A stretch of DNA of 64,000 nucleotides from an uncultured delta proteobacterium (lineage in GTDB: Bacteria; Desulfobacterota; Binatia; UBA9968). This document shows, piece by piece, positions 49,644 to 60,113 of the stretch (the stretch's first letter is position 1; every line of letters starts with the position of its first letter). The stretch spans positions 352,001 to 416,000 of the forward strand of contig CAVTUQ010000002.1 of the NCBI GenBank assembly GCA_963737905.1, read 5' to 3'. A program made the position numbers and the translations under genes. The notes beneath the pieces were generated by a model, which did no database searches, had not been told where the DNA came from, and saw nothing but the letters and a program-made list of their open reading frames with translations.

Positions 49644-51558
49644 AGATTCCTTCTCCTGCCCCCTGTAAGCCCATGTACTTTTCGTACCAGGTCTGAAAGA
49701 CCAGCAATGTCCACAACGGTTCTCTGTTGTCCTTGGTTTTAGTCACTTGCTCGTCGATGAGCTGTTTAATGTACGGATAATGAAAGATTCCTTGACGCTG
49801 GATTCTTTCTTGACTCAGGTAATCCAACATAAATTCTCTAAGATCGCCGGCCAACCATTGCGCGAGCGGGACGCCGAATCCTTTCTTCTTGCGATAGACG
49901 ATGTTACGGGGAAGAAACTCCTCTGCGGCCTTTTTCAGGATATATTTCGTTCTCAATCCATTGAGTTTGTATTCCATCGGTAGCCGGCAGACAAATTCCG
50001 CTACCTCCCGATCCAGCAGCGGACTACGCACTTCTAGGCCATTGGCCATACTCGCACGGTCCACGGTGACCAGATTATTGTCCTGAAGATACAGCTTCAT
50101 CGAAAGATAGAGGATACGCTCGAGTTCTTTGGTCAGACCGCTTCTTCTGACGTAGCGATAGATCTCCTCGTAAGCATTTTCTTTGTGGAGCTCTCTTCGA
50201 ATTTCCGGGTTCAGCAACTGGTTTCTCTCGGCGTTACTGAATGCGCCGCGCCACAGAAAAAAGCGAATTTCCGAGGATACGCCCACTCCCTTTAAGAACT
50301 GTTTGAGTTTAAAATCCAAGCTTAGGTATCGGTGAGACACGGGCAAATGGAACGCGAGCGCTTTGATAGATTCCTTCACAAACCCTGGCAAGGCGTCGTA
50401 GAAAGTCACGATCCTGTGGGCTTGGTAGGTTGGGTAGCCGGCGAAAAGTTCGTCCCCCCCGTCTCCGCTCAATACGACCTTCATGTGCGCTGAAGCGAAC
50501 CGGGAGAGCAGATACAACGGTAAAATCGAGGGATCCGCCAGCGGTTCATCCAGAATCCCGGGCAATCGTTCGACCATGGACAGCATATCCTTAGCGCTAA
50601 AAATCTTTAGGTGATGCTTGATTCCCAAGGAGCGCGCGATCTGCTGGGAATACCGGCTTTCATCGAAGGACGCTTCCTCAAAACCGATACTGAAGCATTC
50701 CAGATTTTCTTTCGCTCTGCGCGCCATCGCTGCGACCAGACTCGAATCAAGCCCGCCGCTGACAAATAAACCGACCGGAACGTCGGCCACCAGCCTGGCG
50801 GTGACGGCACGGTCCAGCAATTCTTTGAGCTCCTCGATATATTGAGCCTCGGTGCGATCGCTGATGGGATAATCTTCCATCGGAATGTCCCAATACTGGG
50901 AAGTAACAACCCCTCCGTCACGAAAGAGCAGGTAATGACCTGCTTCTAGCTTTTTTATAGTTTTGAAGATGCTATGAGGCGCCGGAACATATTCGAAAGC
51001 GAGGTATTTGTTGAGCGACGTAAGATCTAATTGCCGACTGACCCTGGGATGTTGAAGAAGCGCCTTGATTTCGGAAGCAAATACAAAATGCCCACCGGCA
51101 ACACAATAGTGTAAGGGCTTCTTCCCGACTCTGTCTCGCGCAAGAAATAGGCTTTGCCGTTTGACGTCCCAGAGAGCGAAGGCGAACATACCGTTGAGTT
51201 CGTCCAGACATTGCGTCCCCAGCTCTTCATAGAGGTGAATCACGACCTCGGTGTCGGAGCGGGACTGAAACGTGTGACCTTTACCTTCAAGTTTTTTCCT
51301 GATTTCTTGAAAGTTGTAAATCTCACCATTGAAAGTAATCCAGATTGTCTCATCTTCGTTGGTCATGGGCTGCTTCCCGGCAGCCGAGAGATCGATAACG
51401 CTCAGTCGCTTATGCCCAAGCCCCACAGACGCTTGCGAGGAATCCAAGATAACTTCGCCTTCATCATCTGGTCCGCGATGTCTGAGGGTGTGCCCCATAC
51501 GGCGCAGCACCGCGCGGTCAATCGTGCTTGGAGACAGGTATCCGTAAATGCCGCACAT
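49636..51558 (-). CDS. asnB: Asparagine synthase (glutamine-hydrolysing)-like amidotransferase
   Basis: 'MCGI', 'HRGPD', 'FNGEIYN', 'SGGLDSS', 'SGDGGDELFAGY', 'DRASMANGLEVRSP'. Confidence 0.93.
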   Translation of the reverse strand: MCGIYGYLSPSTIDRAVLRRMGHTLRHRGPDDEGEVILDSSQASVGLGHKRLSVIDLSAAGKQPMTNEDETIWITFNGEIYNFQEIRKKLEGKGHTFQSRSDTEVVIHLYEELGTQCLDELNGMFAFALWDVKRQSLFLARDRVGKKPLHYCVAGGHFVFASEIKALLQHPRVSRQLDLTSLNKYLAFEYVPAPHSIFKTIKKLEAGHYLLFRDGGVVTSQYWDIPMEDYPISDRTEAQYIEELKELLDRAVTARLVADVPVGLFVSGGLDSSLVAAMARRAKENLECFSIGFEEASFDESRYSQQIARSLGIKHHLKIFSAKDMLSMVERLPGILDEPLADPSILPLYLLSRFASAHMKVVLSGDGGDELFAGYPTYQAHRIVTFYDALPGFVKESIKALAFHLPVSHRYLSLDFKLKQFLKGVGVSSEIRFFLWRGAFSNAERNQLLNPEIRRELHKENAYEEIYRYVRRSGLTKELERILYLSMKLYLQDNNLVTVDRASMANGLEVRSPLLDREVAEFVCRLPMEYKLNGLRTKYILKKAAEEFLPRNIVYRKKKGFGVPLAQWLAGDLREFMLDYLSQERIQRQGIFHYPYIKQLIDEQVTKTKDNREPLWTLLVFQTWYEKYMGLQGAGEGICG

Positions 51559-51806
51559 AGAAAATGATCGGGGTTACTAGCCCGGATTCTTTACGAAATG
51601 CCCGCGGAGCAACCCTCTCCTGTCGCGGGCAATGGGCCTGCACCTTGAGGAGGCCTGCGAGCTTGGGTGGTGAGGAAGAAGCGGAAGCTCATGGCCATAC
51701 ATTTGAGAAGTCAGGGCAGCTCTACGTTCCTGTGTCCGCCCGCTCCGAGGTCTACCGTGTGTTGTGGCTTTTCGTCGAACATGAATATTTCGATCTCAAT
51801 ACAGAC

Positions 51807-52843
51807 TCAGGTCTCGACGGTCGCTCTCGCGCCGTTGGCGCGAAGGGATCGTTCGCCCGCTTCGAGAACAGCAAGCACTCGCAGAGCAAAGCTTCCGTTG
51901 GATAACGGCGCTCGGTCATCCAATATGCTTTCCAAAAAATCCTTCACAGCGTCCGCCAAAGGCTCTTGATCTTTAAATCCCTCTATCTCGCGTCCCACCA
52001 GCATCTTCGAGGGTATCGTGGTCGGGAGTTCATCGGCGAGCGGCTTGCCAACCGGTGAATTCTCCACTCGATATTCGTGAACCGTGATCGATCGTTTTTC
52101 AAACTTCCCCTCATAGACGACCAATCGTTTGCTGCCGATGACGGTCAGTTTTGCCGTACTCTCCGGATACAGCCAATTATGGTAGACAAAGGCGGAAGTT
52201 TTGTCCGCCATTTCAATCGCAGCCACGCTAAGATCTTCCAGATGGGGCTGCAGGTACCGTGATAACCATGCAGACTAACACTGGTGGGCCGGCTCGATAA
52301 GAGATGCAAAACAATCGAAGCATCGTGCGGCGCCGAATTCCACCACACGTTGGAGTCGCGCTTGATCCGCCCAAGGCTCAGCCGCTGTAAAAAGAGGTGA
52401 TAAATATCGCCCAGGTCTCCTGAACGGATCATTTCTCGAATCATCGTCACGGCTGGATCGTAAAGAAAGGTGTGATCTACGAACAGCACAGTTCTCTTGG
52501 CTCGCGCCAACTGTACCAGCTCACGACCCTCCTCCAATCGCAGCGCTAAAGGCTTCTCCACCCACACATGTTTTCCCGCGGCCAAGGCTCTCTTCGCCAA
52601 CGAAAAGTGGGTCGCCGGTGGAGTCGCGATGATTACCGCGTCAAGATGCGAATCAGCGAGAACCGCCTCCAAAGAGACAGCGATGGGAAGGTCGGGGAAC
52701 TTCCCTTGAATCTCTGCGCGATTCTCGGCATGAATGTCGCAAACCACGCGCACGAGCGCTTGTGGCGCGGCTAAAAACTTTGGCAACAGCTTTTGTCCCC
52801 AATAACCGGCACCCACGAGAGCTACGTTCACTCTGTCGCCCAC
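51807..52843 (-). CDS. Gfo/Idh/MocA oxidoreductase (sugar-nucleotide dehydrogenase-like); frameshift near 52255
   Basis: 'VGAGYWG', 'GKHVWVEKPLA', 'APHD', continuing in ORF 51807..52226 ('NWLYP', 'EPL...V..F'). Confidence 0.85.
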
Positions 52844-52847
52844 CCGA

Positions 52848-53735
52848 TCACCTATATTCCCGAATGCGAAATTTGGGTTGCCTCTGTGCCTCGACAAAGC
52901 GTTTAAGATTCAAAACATTGGAAAACGAAACAGCCGCCAGCAAAATCATCGTCGCCGTCCAGGCCCAACGACCCCACAACGCGCATATCAATGCAGCGGC
53001 CAGAAATAACACGAGTGTAAAGCGAAATTTATTCAGCCAACGAGCCGCCCCATTAACAGCGAACGGCAGCACCCATAGGTCGCGTAGCACGACCAAGACC
53101 CGGCTCAAACCATAGTGAGACCGACCCGCTATCCGGGCCCGATCGACGATCTTCACCTCAGAGAATTCATCTCCCTTCACGCCAAGTGAAACGGGCGAAA
53201 AGCGATTCATAAAACCCTTGGGTACGAACTTGCCTTCCAAAACCTCCCTTTGATAGGCCTTAAGACCGCATCCGCAATCATGCACCGGGACGCCGGAGAC
53301 GAATCGGATCATCATGTTGGCGACTTGTGATGGCAGACGTTTAGTCCAGAAAGAGGCGGCTCGCTGTTCTCGCCGCCCGGATACAACTCGATGACCTTTG
53401 GCGAGCTCCCGCAGAAGATCAGGGATATACGCGGGATCGTTTTGATAATCGCCATCGATCGTGATAATCACTTCGCCCTGCGTCTTTGAAATGCCCGCCA
53501 GCAGGGCCCAGTTTTCACCGGCGTTTGTTTCCAAATCGGCGAAATGAAAATCCGCATCGCGTTCCTGAATCTCTCGCATCGTCGCCAGTGTTTGGTCGGT
53601 ACTGGCGTCGTTGACGAAGATGATTTCATAGGACTCCTTCAATGCCTCCATCACGCCTTTGATATCGTCGTAAAGCGCCCGGACGTTTCCCTGCTCATTG
53701 TGCATGGGCGCAACGACGGAATACTTGACCGCCAG
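52848..53735 (-). CDS. GT2 polyprenol-phosphate glycosyltransferase (ArnC-like); start uncertain
   Basis: 'SVVAPMHNEQGN', 'VNDASTD.T', 'TIDGD.QNDP..IP', 'HDCGCGLKAY', C-terminal TM helices. Confidence 0.9.
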   Translation of the reverse strand: MAVKYSVVAPMHNEQGNVRALYDDIKGVMEALKESYEIIFVNDASTDQTLATMREIQERDADFHFADLETNAGENWALLAGISKTQGEVIITIDGDYQNDPAYIPDLLRELAKGHRVVSGRREQRAASFWTKRLPSQVANMMIRFVSGVPVHDCGCGLKAYQREVLEGKFVPKGFMNRFSPVSLGVKGDEFSEVKIVDRARIAGRSHYGLSRVLVVLRDLWVLPFAVNGAARWLNKFRFTLVLFLAAALICALWGRWAWTATMILLAAVSFSNVLNLKRFVEAQRQPKFRIREYR

Positions 53736-53745
53736 CGAGTCGCAA

Positions 53746-54855
53746 TCAGGATCTCGACGCGAAATATTCACGGACCGTAGAGATGATGTAAGCAACCTCC
53801 TCATCCTCAAGCTCAGCGAAAACCGGAATCGCTAGATTCTCCCTCGAGTATCTTTCAGCTTCCGGTAAGTTGTACACCGGGAAGTTCCGAGCTTTCCAGG
53901 CCTCGTGTTGATGCAGGGGTTGTGGATAATACAAGCCTGTGCCAATCCCCCGGCCATTCAAGAATTTCTTCAGCGAATCTCGATCTGCACTCTCGATCAC
54001 GTATTGATGGTAAACGCTGGTGCGATCCGGAAACTGGGGCGGTACTTTCAATGGTAGATCGCGAAAACAACAAGAGTACTCGGCCGCGATTGCGGCCCGG
54101 CGGGCGTTATCCCGATCCAGTGTCGGAAGCTTTACGCGCAGGACTGCCGCTTGGAGTTCGTCCAACCGACTGTTCCAACCGTAAATGGCATGGTCGTATT
54201 TCTCCGCCTGGCCATGAACCCGCAGAAGTCCGATATGTTTTGCCAGTCGTTCATCGTTGGTTAGCACCACTCCGGCATCGCCGTACGAAGCCAAGTTCTT
54301 GACCGGACCGAGACTCATCGGAGTAACAGCCCCCCATCCGGCCGCGCGTCGGCCTTTGTAAACCGCCCCTTGTGCTTGCGACGCATCCTCGACGACCGGA
54401 ACATTTCGCCTCCCGGCGATTTCGAGAATCGCTTCCATGTCACAAGGAAGTCCCAACATGTGGACCGCTATCATGGCCTTGGTATTTGAGTTGATCGACT
54501 TTGACAAGCTTTCCAGATCGGGTCCGTAGTCTCCCACGGCCTTGTCAACCAAAACGGGAATCGCGCCCCGAGCGATCACCGGCTCAATCACAGGAGCGGG
54601 CGCGTGAGCCGGCAAAATCACTTCGTGGGCGCGCGAAACGCCTAATGCCTCGATCGAGAGATGAACGGCGTCGGTGCCGGACGCGACACCGACCGCGTGT
54701 TTGACACCGCAGTAAGCTGCAAACTCTTTCTCGAAAGCGGCCAGATTGGACCCATTGAACAACTTGATCGACGCAAAGATGGTGTCCCAGCGTTGCTTGA
54801 GCTCGTTCTCTATGGATCGATACTTTCGGGTAAGGTCCAGCAAAGGTATCTTCAT
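53746..54855 (-). CDS. DegT/DnrJ/EryC1/StrS PLP-dependent sugar aminotransferase
   Basis: 'IPLLDL', 'SGTDA', 'VEDASQAQGA', 'P.KNL..YGDAG', 'NSRLDELQAA.L'. Confidence 0.93.
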   Translation of the reverse strand: MKIPLLDLTRKYRSIENELKQRWDTIFASIKLFNGSNLAAFEKEFAAYCGVKHAVGVASGTDAVHLSIEALGVSRAHEVILPAHAPAPVIEPVIARGAIPVLVDKAVGDYGPDLESLSKSINSNTKAMIAVHMLGLPCDMEAILEIAGRRNVPVVEDASQAQGAVYKGRRAAGWGAVTPMSLGPVKNLASYGDAGVVLTNDERLAKHIGLLRVHGQAEKYDHAIYGWNSRLDELQAAVLRVKLPTLDRDNARRAAIAAEYSCCFRDLPLKVPPQFPDRTSVYHQYVIESADRDSLKKFLNGRGIGTGLYYPQPLHQHEAWKARNFPVYNLPEAERYSRENLAIPVFAELEDEEVAYIISTVREYFASRS

Positions 54856-55125
54856 TGTCTCGTGAGGCAGCTTCTTCTCAGACAGACCTAACTTGTTCAT
54901 AGCAGACCTTGCAGTCAGATTTTGAAAAACGACCATAGGCTTCTAAATTCAGTGATGCGATCGAGCGAAACGACAAGTCACCCCTCTTTCGTGAAAGAGA
55001 ACGTGTTGTATGGAGCCTTGAAAATGTCTCCAGACGAATAACCCCAACGTGACTTGTGACGGCCAACAAGGACTTATGCTGGCACGCCCGTTGACGCACG
55101 AACCCAAAACTCGAAAGAAGAAATC

Positions 55126-55452
55126 TTAGATGAGAAAGACGCGCTGAAGCTTGAAGATTCTGAAACTCGGCTTAACGATCAATGCGGGCTGGCGCACGAG
55201 AGTCTGAAATATTGAGACCTCGCGAAAATAGGAATCCATCATCACAAAGGCGACACGTGGAAAAATCGTTTGGAGTGAATGCGGGTGGTCATCGATCGGC
55301 GTGCTCTGCCCAAAACTGTCCACGATTCCATCCATGGTCTGAGCCAGGCCGGGATCATCGAAGTCAAAAAATCCCAACTCCTCCGCCAACTCCACCCCCA
55401 CAAGAAAAAGCCACAGGCTTAGGAGTAGACCGGATACGATTCGCTGTCGCAT
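55126..55452 (-). CDS. Small hypothetical membrane protein
   Basis: One hydrophobic N-terminal helix; co-oriented inside the glycosylation cluster; GGGAG upstream. Confidence 0.5.
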   Translation of the reverse strand: MRQRIVSGLLLSLWLFLVGVELAEELGFFDFDDPGLAQTMDGIVDSFGQSTPIDDHPHSLQTIFPRVAFVMMDSYFREVSIFQTLVRQPALIVKPSFRIFKLQRVFLI

Positions 55453-55504
55453 ATGTGCAGGGAGTATATTTGAATTCACTCACCTGTCAAGACGTCGGGA
55501 TGGT

Positions 55505-57244
55505 TCACGGTTTGGCTACCAAAACATATTCGTCGACGCCGGCGAGTTTCTTCGTTCCTTCGGTTAACTGGCTTTCTAATCGAAGCAGGTTTTTTGCTTT
55601 AGCGAAAACCAGCAGGGGAGGGTTGTCTTTTTTCCATGCATCCGAAAACTCGGCAAAATTGAAGAGTATTTTTCCGTGACCGGGCGCGGGATCCGGGCGG
55701 TGAGTAGAAACATAAGGGCTTCCCATCAACGTCGTCCTTCCTGGTGACGCAACAATCCAAATGGGTCGATCGAGGCGCAAATAAAAAATCAACCCTGGTA
55801 TATAGGTATCATAGATAGCCACCTGGCTATCATGCGTGATGAAGTGAGCCGTGGTCCGCGCGAGCGCCTTGGCTGACCGATCAACAGAGGCCGTCACCAT
55901 GAGATGGCCCACGAGCAAAATGAAACCCGCTGTTACGACGCCGGTACAGATGTAGCTTGCCATCTGGCCGCCCCAATACCCTCCCCAATTAGCATAGGCA
56001 TAGGCTGCGCAGATTACCACCATGACTGCAGCACTCAATCCGATGAAAATAAGATCCGCATTTATAGTCGCTCGAATTTCTGCCGGCAAGAGATGCTGCC
56101 AAGCTCCACCCATAAGCAGATATAAGACAAAGCCGGCTAACAAAATCCAAGACAGATACAAAACCCATCTCGCTGTTGAATGCGGTTTACTGAAGAAGCC
56201 CGTGATCGTCCGCCCGGTCAGTATAGCCAGAGCTGGATACATCGGCAGTACGTAATGAGGCAACTTGGAATTTGACAGGGAAAAAAACAGCAACGGCAAG
56301 ACGGCCCAGAGAATCAAAAAAACGTTCTTGTCATCTATTTTACGCCAGGAATCTTTTACAACAAGCGGCAACAATAACGTCCATGGAAAAAATCCTACGG
56401 CTATAACAAAAAGGAAATAGAACCAACTCTGGGTCCGGTTAAACTCATCGGTCAGGTAGCGAGTAAAATGCTCTTCCCAAAAAAAATAACGCAGGTAACC
56501 TGGATTTCTCACCCCAGCCCAGAGGTACCAAGGGGCAACCATGACCAGGAAAAGTAATGCTCCGGGGAGAAGATGAAGCCTTCGCAACATCGACCATTTA
56601 TCCCTTCCCAGTAGATACCCGCAAAACACCATGCCCGGAATGATGAGACCGATGAGTCCTTTGACAAGCGTACCCGCGCCGAGGGCTCCGTACATAAGCA
56701 GGCAATGGAGTTTTTTGGTTTTTTCATTTTCGGCCTGTATGGCTGAATAAAAAGAACATAGTGCCAACGTAACACAAAACGTTAGCGTCATGTCCGATCT
56801 GACGATGCGCGCGAGCAGAAAAAACTCAACGCTTGTGAGTAGAATCAAAACGCTCCACATGGCCTCCCATGATCCCCACCATTGACGCGCGAAACCATAC
56901 ACCAAAAGCAGACAACCGAGGGCAAACACTGTGGCCGGCAATCGAGCGGACCATTCCGTAATACCAAAAATCTTATAGGAAACCGCTACCAGCCAATAGA
57001 AGAACATGGGTTTGTCTAAGACCGGCAGGAAGTTCTCGTGGGGTGTCACCCAATCATTCAGCACCAAAATTTCTCTTGCCTTTTCTGCGTTTCTGCCTTC
57101 GTCGGGTTCGAAAAAGTCCGCGCTACCGAGATTCACGAAGAGAACTGCCAGACAAACGAAACAGACAAACCAAGCCAGGTAGTGGTCTACGGTATCCGTA
57201 TCCAGAATGCCTAACTGGGGGGCAGGCCGCCGTGGGTTAATCAC
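55505..57244 (-). CDS. ArnT-family (GT83) aminosugar transferase
   Basis: 'EPDEGRNAEKAREI', 'DKPMFFYW', 'RLP', 'VKG.IG', 'SKLPHYVLP..PALA'. Confidence 0.92.
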   Translation of the reverse strand: MINPRRPAPQLGILDTDTVDHYLAWFVCFVCLAVLFVNLGSADFFEPDEGRNAEKAREILVLNDWVTPHENFLPVLDKPMFFYWLVAVSYKIFGITEWSARLPATVFALGCLLLVYGFARQWWGSWEAMWSVLILLTSVEFFLLARIVRSDMTLTFCVTLALCSFYSAIQAENEKTKKLHCLLMYGALGAGTLVKGLIGLIIPGMVFCGYLLGRDKWSMLRRLHLLPGALLFLVMVAPWYLWAGVRNPGYLRYFFWEEHFTRYLTDEFNRTQSWFYFLFVIAVGFFPWTLLLPLVVKDSWRKIDDKNVFLILWAVLPLLFFSLSNSKLPHYVLPMYPALAILTGRTITGFFSKPHSTARWVLYLSWILLAGFVLYLLMGGAWQHLLPAEIRATINADLIFIGLSAAVMVVICAAYAYANWGGYWGGQMASYICTGVVTAGFILLVGHLMVTASVDRSAKALARTTAHFITHDSQVAIYDTYIPGLIFYLRLDRPIWIVASPGRTTLMGSPYVSTHRPDPAPGHGKILFNFAEFSDAWKKDNPPLLVFAKAKNLLRLESQLTEGTKKLAGVDEYVLVAKP

Positions 57245-57457
57245 CGGAGGTTCTCGAAATAACGTCGCTCAATAGGTTTACCCGAGGCGAGTATATTTTC
57301 AAGACGAGACGCAACGTTTTTGAGCTGAAAACGCGGATCAGATATCGGCTATTACAGGCTATCCATGACGAGTAAAACCGGTCACATCTCTCACAGGTTG
57401 CTTGATTGACATGACCCGGCCCGGAGCGTAGAAGGTAAATCAGGCAAGGGGGGTCTT

Positions 57458-57671
57458 ATGTTCGGAAGTATTGGCATGCCGGAGCTCATTGTAAGTTTTC
57501 ATCGTTGTACTCCTGATTTTTGGTCCCACCAAGCTTCCTGACCTAGGGAAATCTCTCGGAGAAGCGATACGAGGACTCAAAAAGGCAATGAATGAGCCGG
57601 ACAAGAATAACTTAGAGGGATCGCATCGTTCCGAGAAATCCCGCAAATCCTCTAAGTCCTACGCCGGCTAA
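57458..57671 (+). CDS. tatA: Twin-arginine translocase TatA/E subunit; +1 frameshift near 57493
   Basis: MFGSIGMPELIV / VFIVVLLIFGPTKLPDLGKSLGEAIRGLKKAM; one extra A splits the frames. Missing from the ORF track. Confidence 0.85.
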
Positions 57672-57700
57672 CCGATTTTCTGTTCGAGTTACACAGGTCC

Positions 57701-58942
57701 ATGAAGCCACGCATCTTCAGAATGGCCGCTTCTTTTTTGGTTTCTTCGACCTTTTTCTTATTCCTCACTCCTGATCCAGCGGCAAGCCAGCAACCCGTAG
57801 CCAGTTTCTTTTACGATGAGCGAGGCAGCGTCGTCCGCCAGGAAAGAGATACTAATGGCGATGGCAAGATGGATCGCTGGACTCATTACGACCGGCAAGG
57901 ACAGATTGAAAAGGTCGAACAGGATATTAATTTCGATGGTAAACCGGATATCTTTGTATACTACGAAGCCGGCAAGCCCAAACGGCAAGAGATTGCCAGC
58001 AAAAACGACGGGCGCGTAGACACCTGGTATTTTCTCGACGCCAACGGAGAAATCGAGCGCAAAGGTCAGGATACCAACGGGTCAGGGAAGCCGACGATCT
58101 GGGTATACTATCAAAACGGTCAGCCGGTGCGGAGCGAGGAAGATCCAAAATCCACCGGGAATGGTACACGCACTGTTCTCTTCAAAGACGGCAAGATCAG
58201 TCGTATAGACGAGGACACAAGTGGGAGCGGCAAACCGGACAGCTTTTCCTATTTTGAAAATGGCCAGTTGGTCAGGAAGGAACTCGATCGCAAACACACG
58301 GGTAAAATCGACCTCTGGGGTTATTATCGTGACGGCCGGCTAGTAAAGCAGGAAGAGGACCTCCGAGGCAACGGTAAGGTGAGCAGAATCGTTTACTTTC
58401 AAGGCGAAGAAGTAGTCCGCCGAGAAGAGGATACGGCCGGCCGCGGGCAAATGGACATGATTGAGACATTCTCTCAAGGTCGGCTCAATAAACGCCTACG
58501 CGATAGCAAAGGAACTGGGAAATGGGATAATGTCCAATACTTCAAAGACAATGAGCTTGTGCGCGAGGAACGAGATAGCGATGGCGACGGCTTTTTTGAT
58601 CTCCGAATCTTCTACGAAAAGGGCCAGATTGTCCGGCAGGAAGGGGATACGAATAGCGACCGGCGGGTTGATGTCTGGGTGAAATTCGAAAACAACGAGC
58701 CGGTTGAACAGCTCGAAGATCAAAACTTTCGTGGCAAGATCAGTGCTCGCTACCTTTTCAAGGGTGGGCAAGTTGTGGGACAGGAGCAAGTCGCAGATGC
58801 GGAACCCCCATCTGTTGCTTTTCCCTTTATTGCGGTTGAAGAGGAGTTCAGAAATATGGCAAGCTATGAGTCTTCCGGCTCGGTAGACCTACGAGCCGTA
58901 GCCGCCAAAAGGGAAATGGAGTCGAAGAGCGATACCAAGTAG
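57701..58942 (+). CDS. Secreted protein with ~13 tandem D-x-[ND]-G-[DS]-G-x-x-D-x-W/Y repeats
   Basis: Signal peptide; ~23-aa repeats such as DTNGDGKMDRW, DINFDGKPDIF, DTSGSGKPDSF, DSDGDGFFDLR, each followed by YxxGxLVRxE. Confidence 0.8.
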   Translation: MKPRIFRMAASFLVSSTFFLFLTPDPAASQQPVASFFYDERGSVVRQERDTNGDGKMDRWTHYDRQGQIEKVEQDINFDGKPDIFVYYEAGKPKRQEIASKNDGRVDTWYFLDANGEIERKGQDTNGSGKPTIWVYYQNGQPVRSEEDPKSTGNGTRTVLFKDGKISRIDEDTSGSGKPDSFSYFENGQLVRKELDRKHTGKIDLWGYYRDGRLVKQEEDLRGNGKVSRIVYFQGEEVVRREEDTAGRGQMDMIETFSQGRLNKRLRDSKGTGKWDNVQYFKDNELVREERDSDGDGFFDLRIFYEKGQIVRQEGDTNSDRRVDVWVKFENNEPVEQLEDQNFRGKISARYLFKGGQVVGQEQVADAEPPSVAFPFIAVEEEFRNMASYESSGSVDLRAVAAKREMESKSDTK

Positions 58943-58960
58943 GACTTCAGTTCATGCGAT

Positions 58961-60112
58961 ATGAATAGGCATTGGGGGATCATCCTAGCCGGACTGTTGA
59001 TCGCATTCGCGGGTTGCGCATCCGTAGCGGTTCAGCCTCCGCCAGGCCCAGCCCAGAGCCCCTATCCCAATCCAGACCCAAATCCCAAGCCGAACAATAC
59101 CAACACCAACACCAACGACCCACAAGCGCAATCCCAGATTACGGGTTCACAACGCTGGCAGCATGCCTGGAGCAGAGCGATGGAAGGCTTGGCCCTGGGC
59201 GGATCAGTCGGTGGACTCTACGGCGCCGGCGGCGGGCTCGTCATTGGATTGATCGCAGGTTTGGTTACGGCTGATTCTCACTATGGAGCGATCAACGCGC
59301 AGATTCAAACAGAACAGCAGAAGGACCGGAATCTCGAAGCCGCCATCGAGCAAGAGTTGGAACGCCAAAGATCGTTGGAAGGCCAGGTTGCGCAAGCATC
59401 GGCCCCCACCGCAGGAAATCCGCCTCCGGCGCGATCTGTATCGGACGTCAGTCAGCCACAACCGTCGTTGCCTCAAGCCAAGCCACCGGAAAACATCGCA
59501 GTTGCGTCCCGGACCAAGCCACCTCCCCCAGCCGTTGCCCCGACACCGTTTAAAAACGTGGAAGTGAGAGATATCAACGGCGATGGTGTGCCGGACCTGT
59601 GGATCTACTACAACCCGCAGAAGCCGGGAGAAATTATGCGCCAGGAAGAAGCTTCCAAGGGTGACGGCAGAGTCGACACCTGGAGTTACTTTAAAGACGG
59701 CAAACTGGTGCGACGCGAGGCGGATACCAAAGGGCAGGGTAAGCCGGATACCTCCTTCTATTACGTCAACGACCAAATCGCCCGTGAAGAGCGCGACGAA
59801 ATTGGAGATGGCCGGGTCACCTACCGCGCCATTTACGAAAATGGCCGCCTCGCGCGGCTAGAGAAAGACGCCGACGGTAACGGCAGGATGAATCTTTGGA
59901 TGTATTACGATACCGCAAAAGAGGGCGAAGTCGTCAGCAAAGAAGAGCGCGACCTTAACGGTGACGGCGTTGTCGACCTGTGGAGCTATTACGAAAGCGG
60001 TCGGCTGGTGCGCCGCGATGTCAGTGCAATCGGCTTAGAACTCCTCTCCAAACAGGAGCAAATTCCCGCTGCAGCCGCAGAGCCCAAACAGATTTCAGCC
60101 CCGGGTAGCTGA
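58961..60112 (+). CDS. Lipoprotein with glycine zipper, coiled coil, Pro-rich linker and ~6 DxNGDG repeats
   Basis: Lipobox LIAFAG-C; 'GLALGGSVGGLYGAGGGLVIGLIAG'; DINGDGVPDLW ... DLNGDGVVDLW. Confidence 0.8.
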   Translation: MNRHWGIILAGLLIAFAGCASVAVQPPPGPAQSPYPNPDPNPKPNNTNTNTNDPQAQSQITGSQRWQHAWSRAMEGLALGGSVGGLYGAGGGLVIGLIAGLVTADSHYGAINAQIQTEQQKDRNLEAAIEQELERQRSLEGQVAQASAPTAGNPPPARSVSDVSQPQPSLPQAKPPENIAVASRTKPPPPAVAPTPFKNVEVRDINGDGVPDLWIYYNPQKPGEIMRQEEASKGDGRVDTWSYFKDGKLVRREADTKGQGKPDTSFYYVNDQIAREERDEIGDGRVTYRAIYENGRLARLEKDADGNGRMNLWMYYDTAKEGEVVSKEERDLNGDGVVDLWSYYESGRLVRRDVSAIGLELLSKQEQIPAAAAEPKQISAPGS

Positions 60113-60113
60113 T

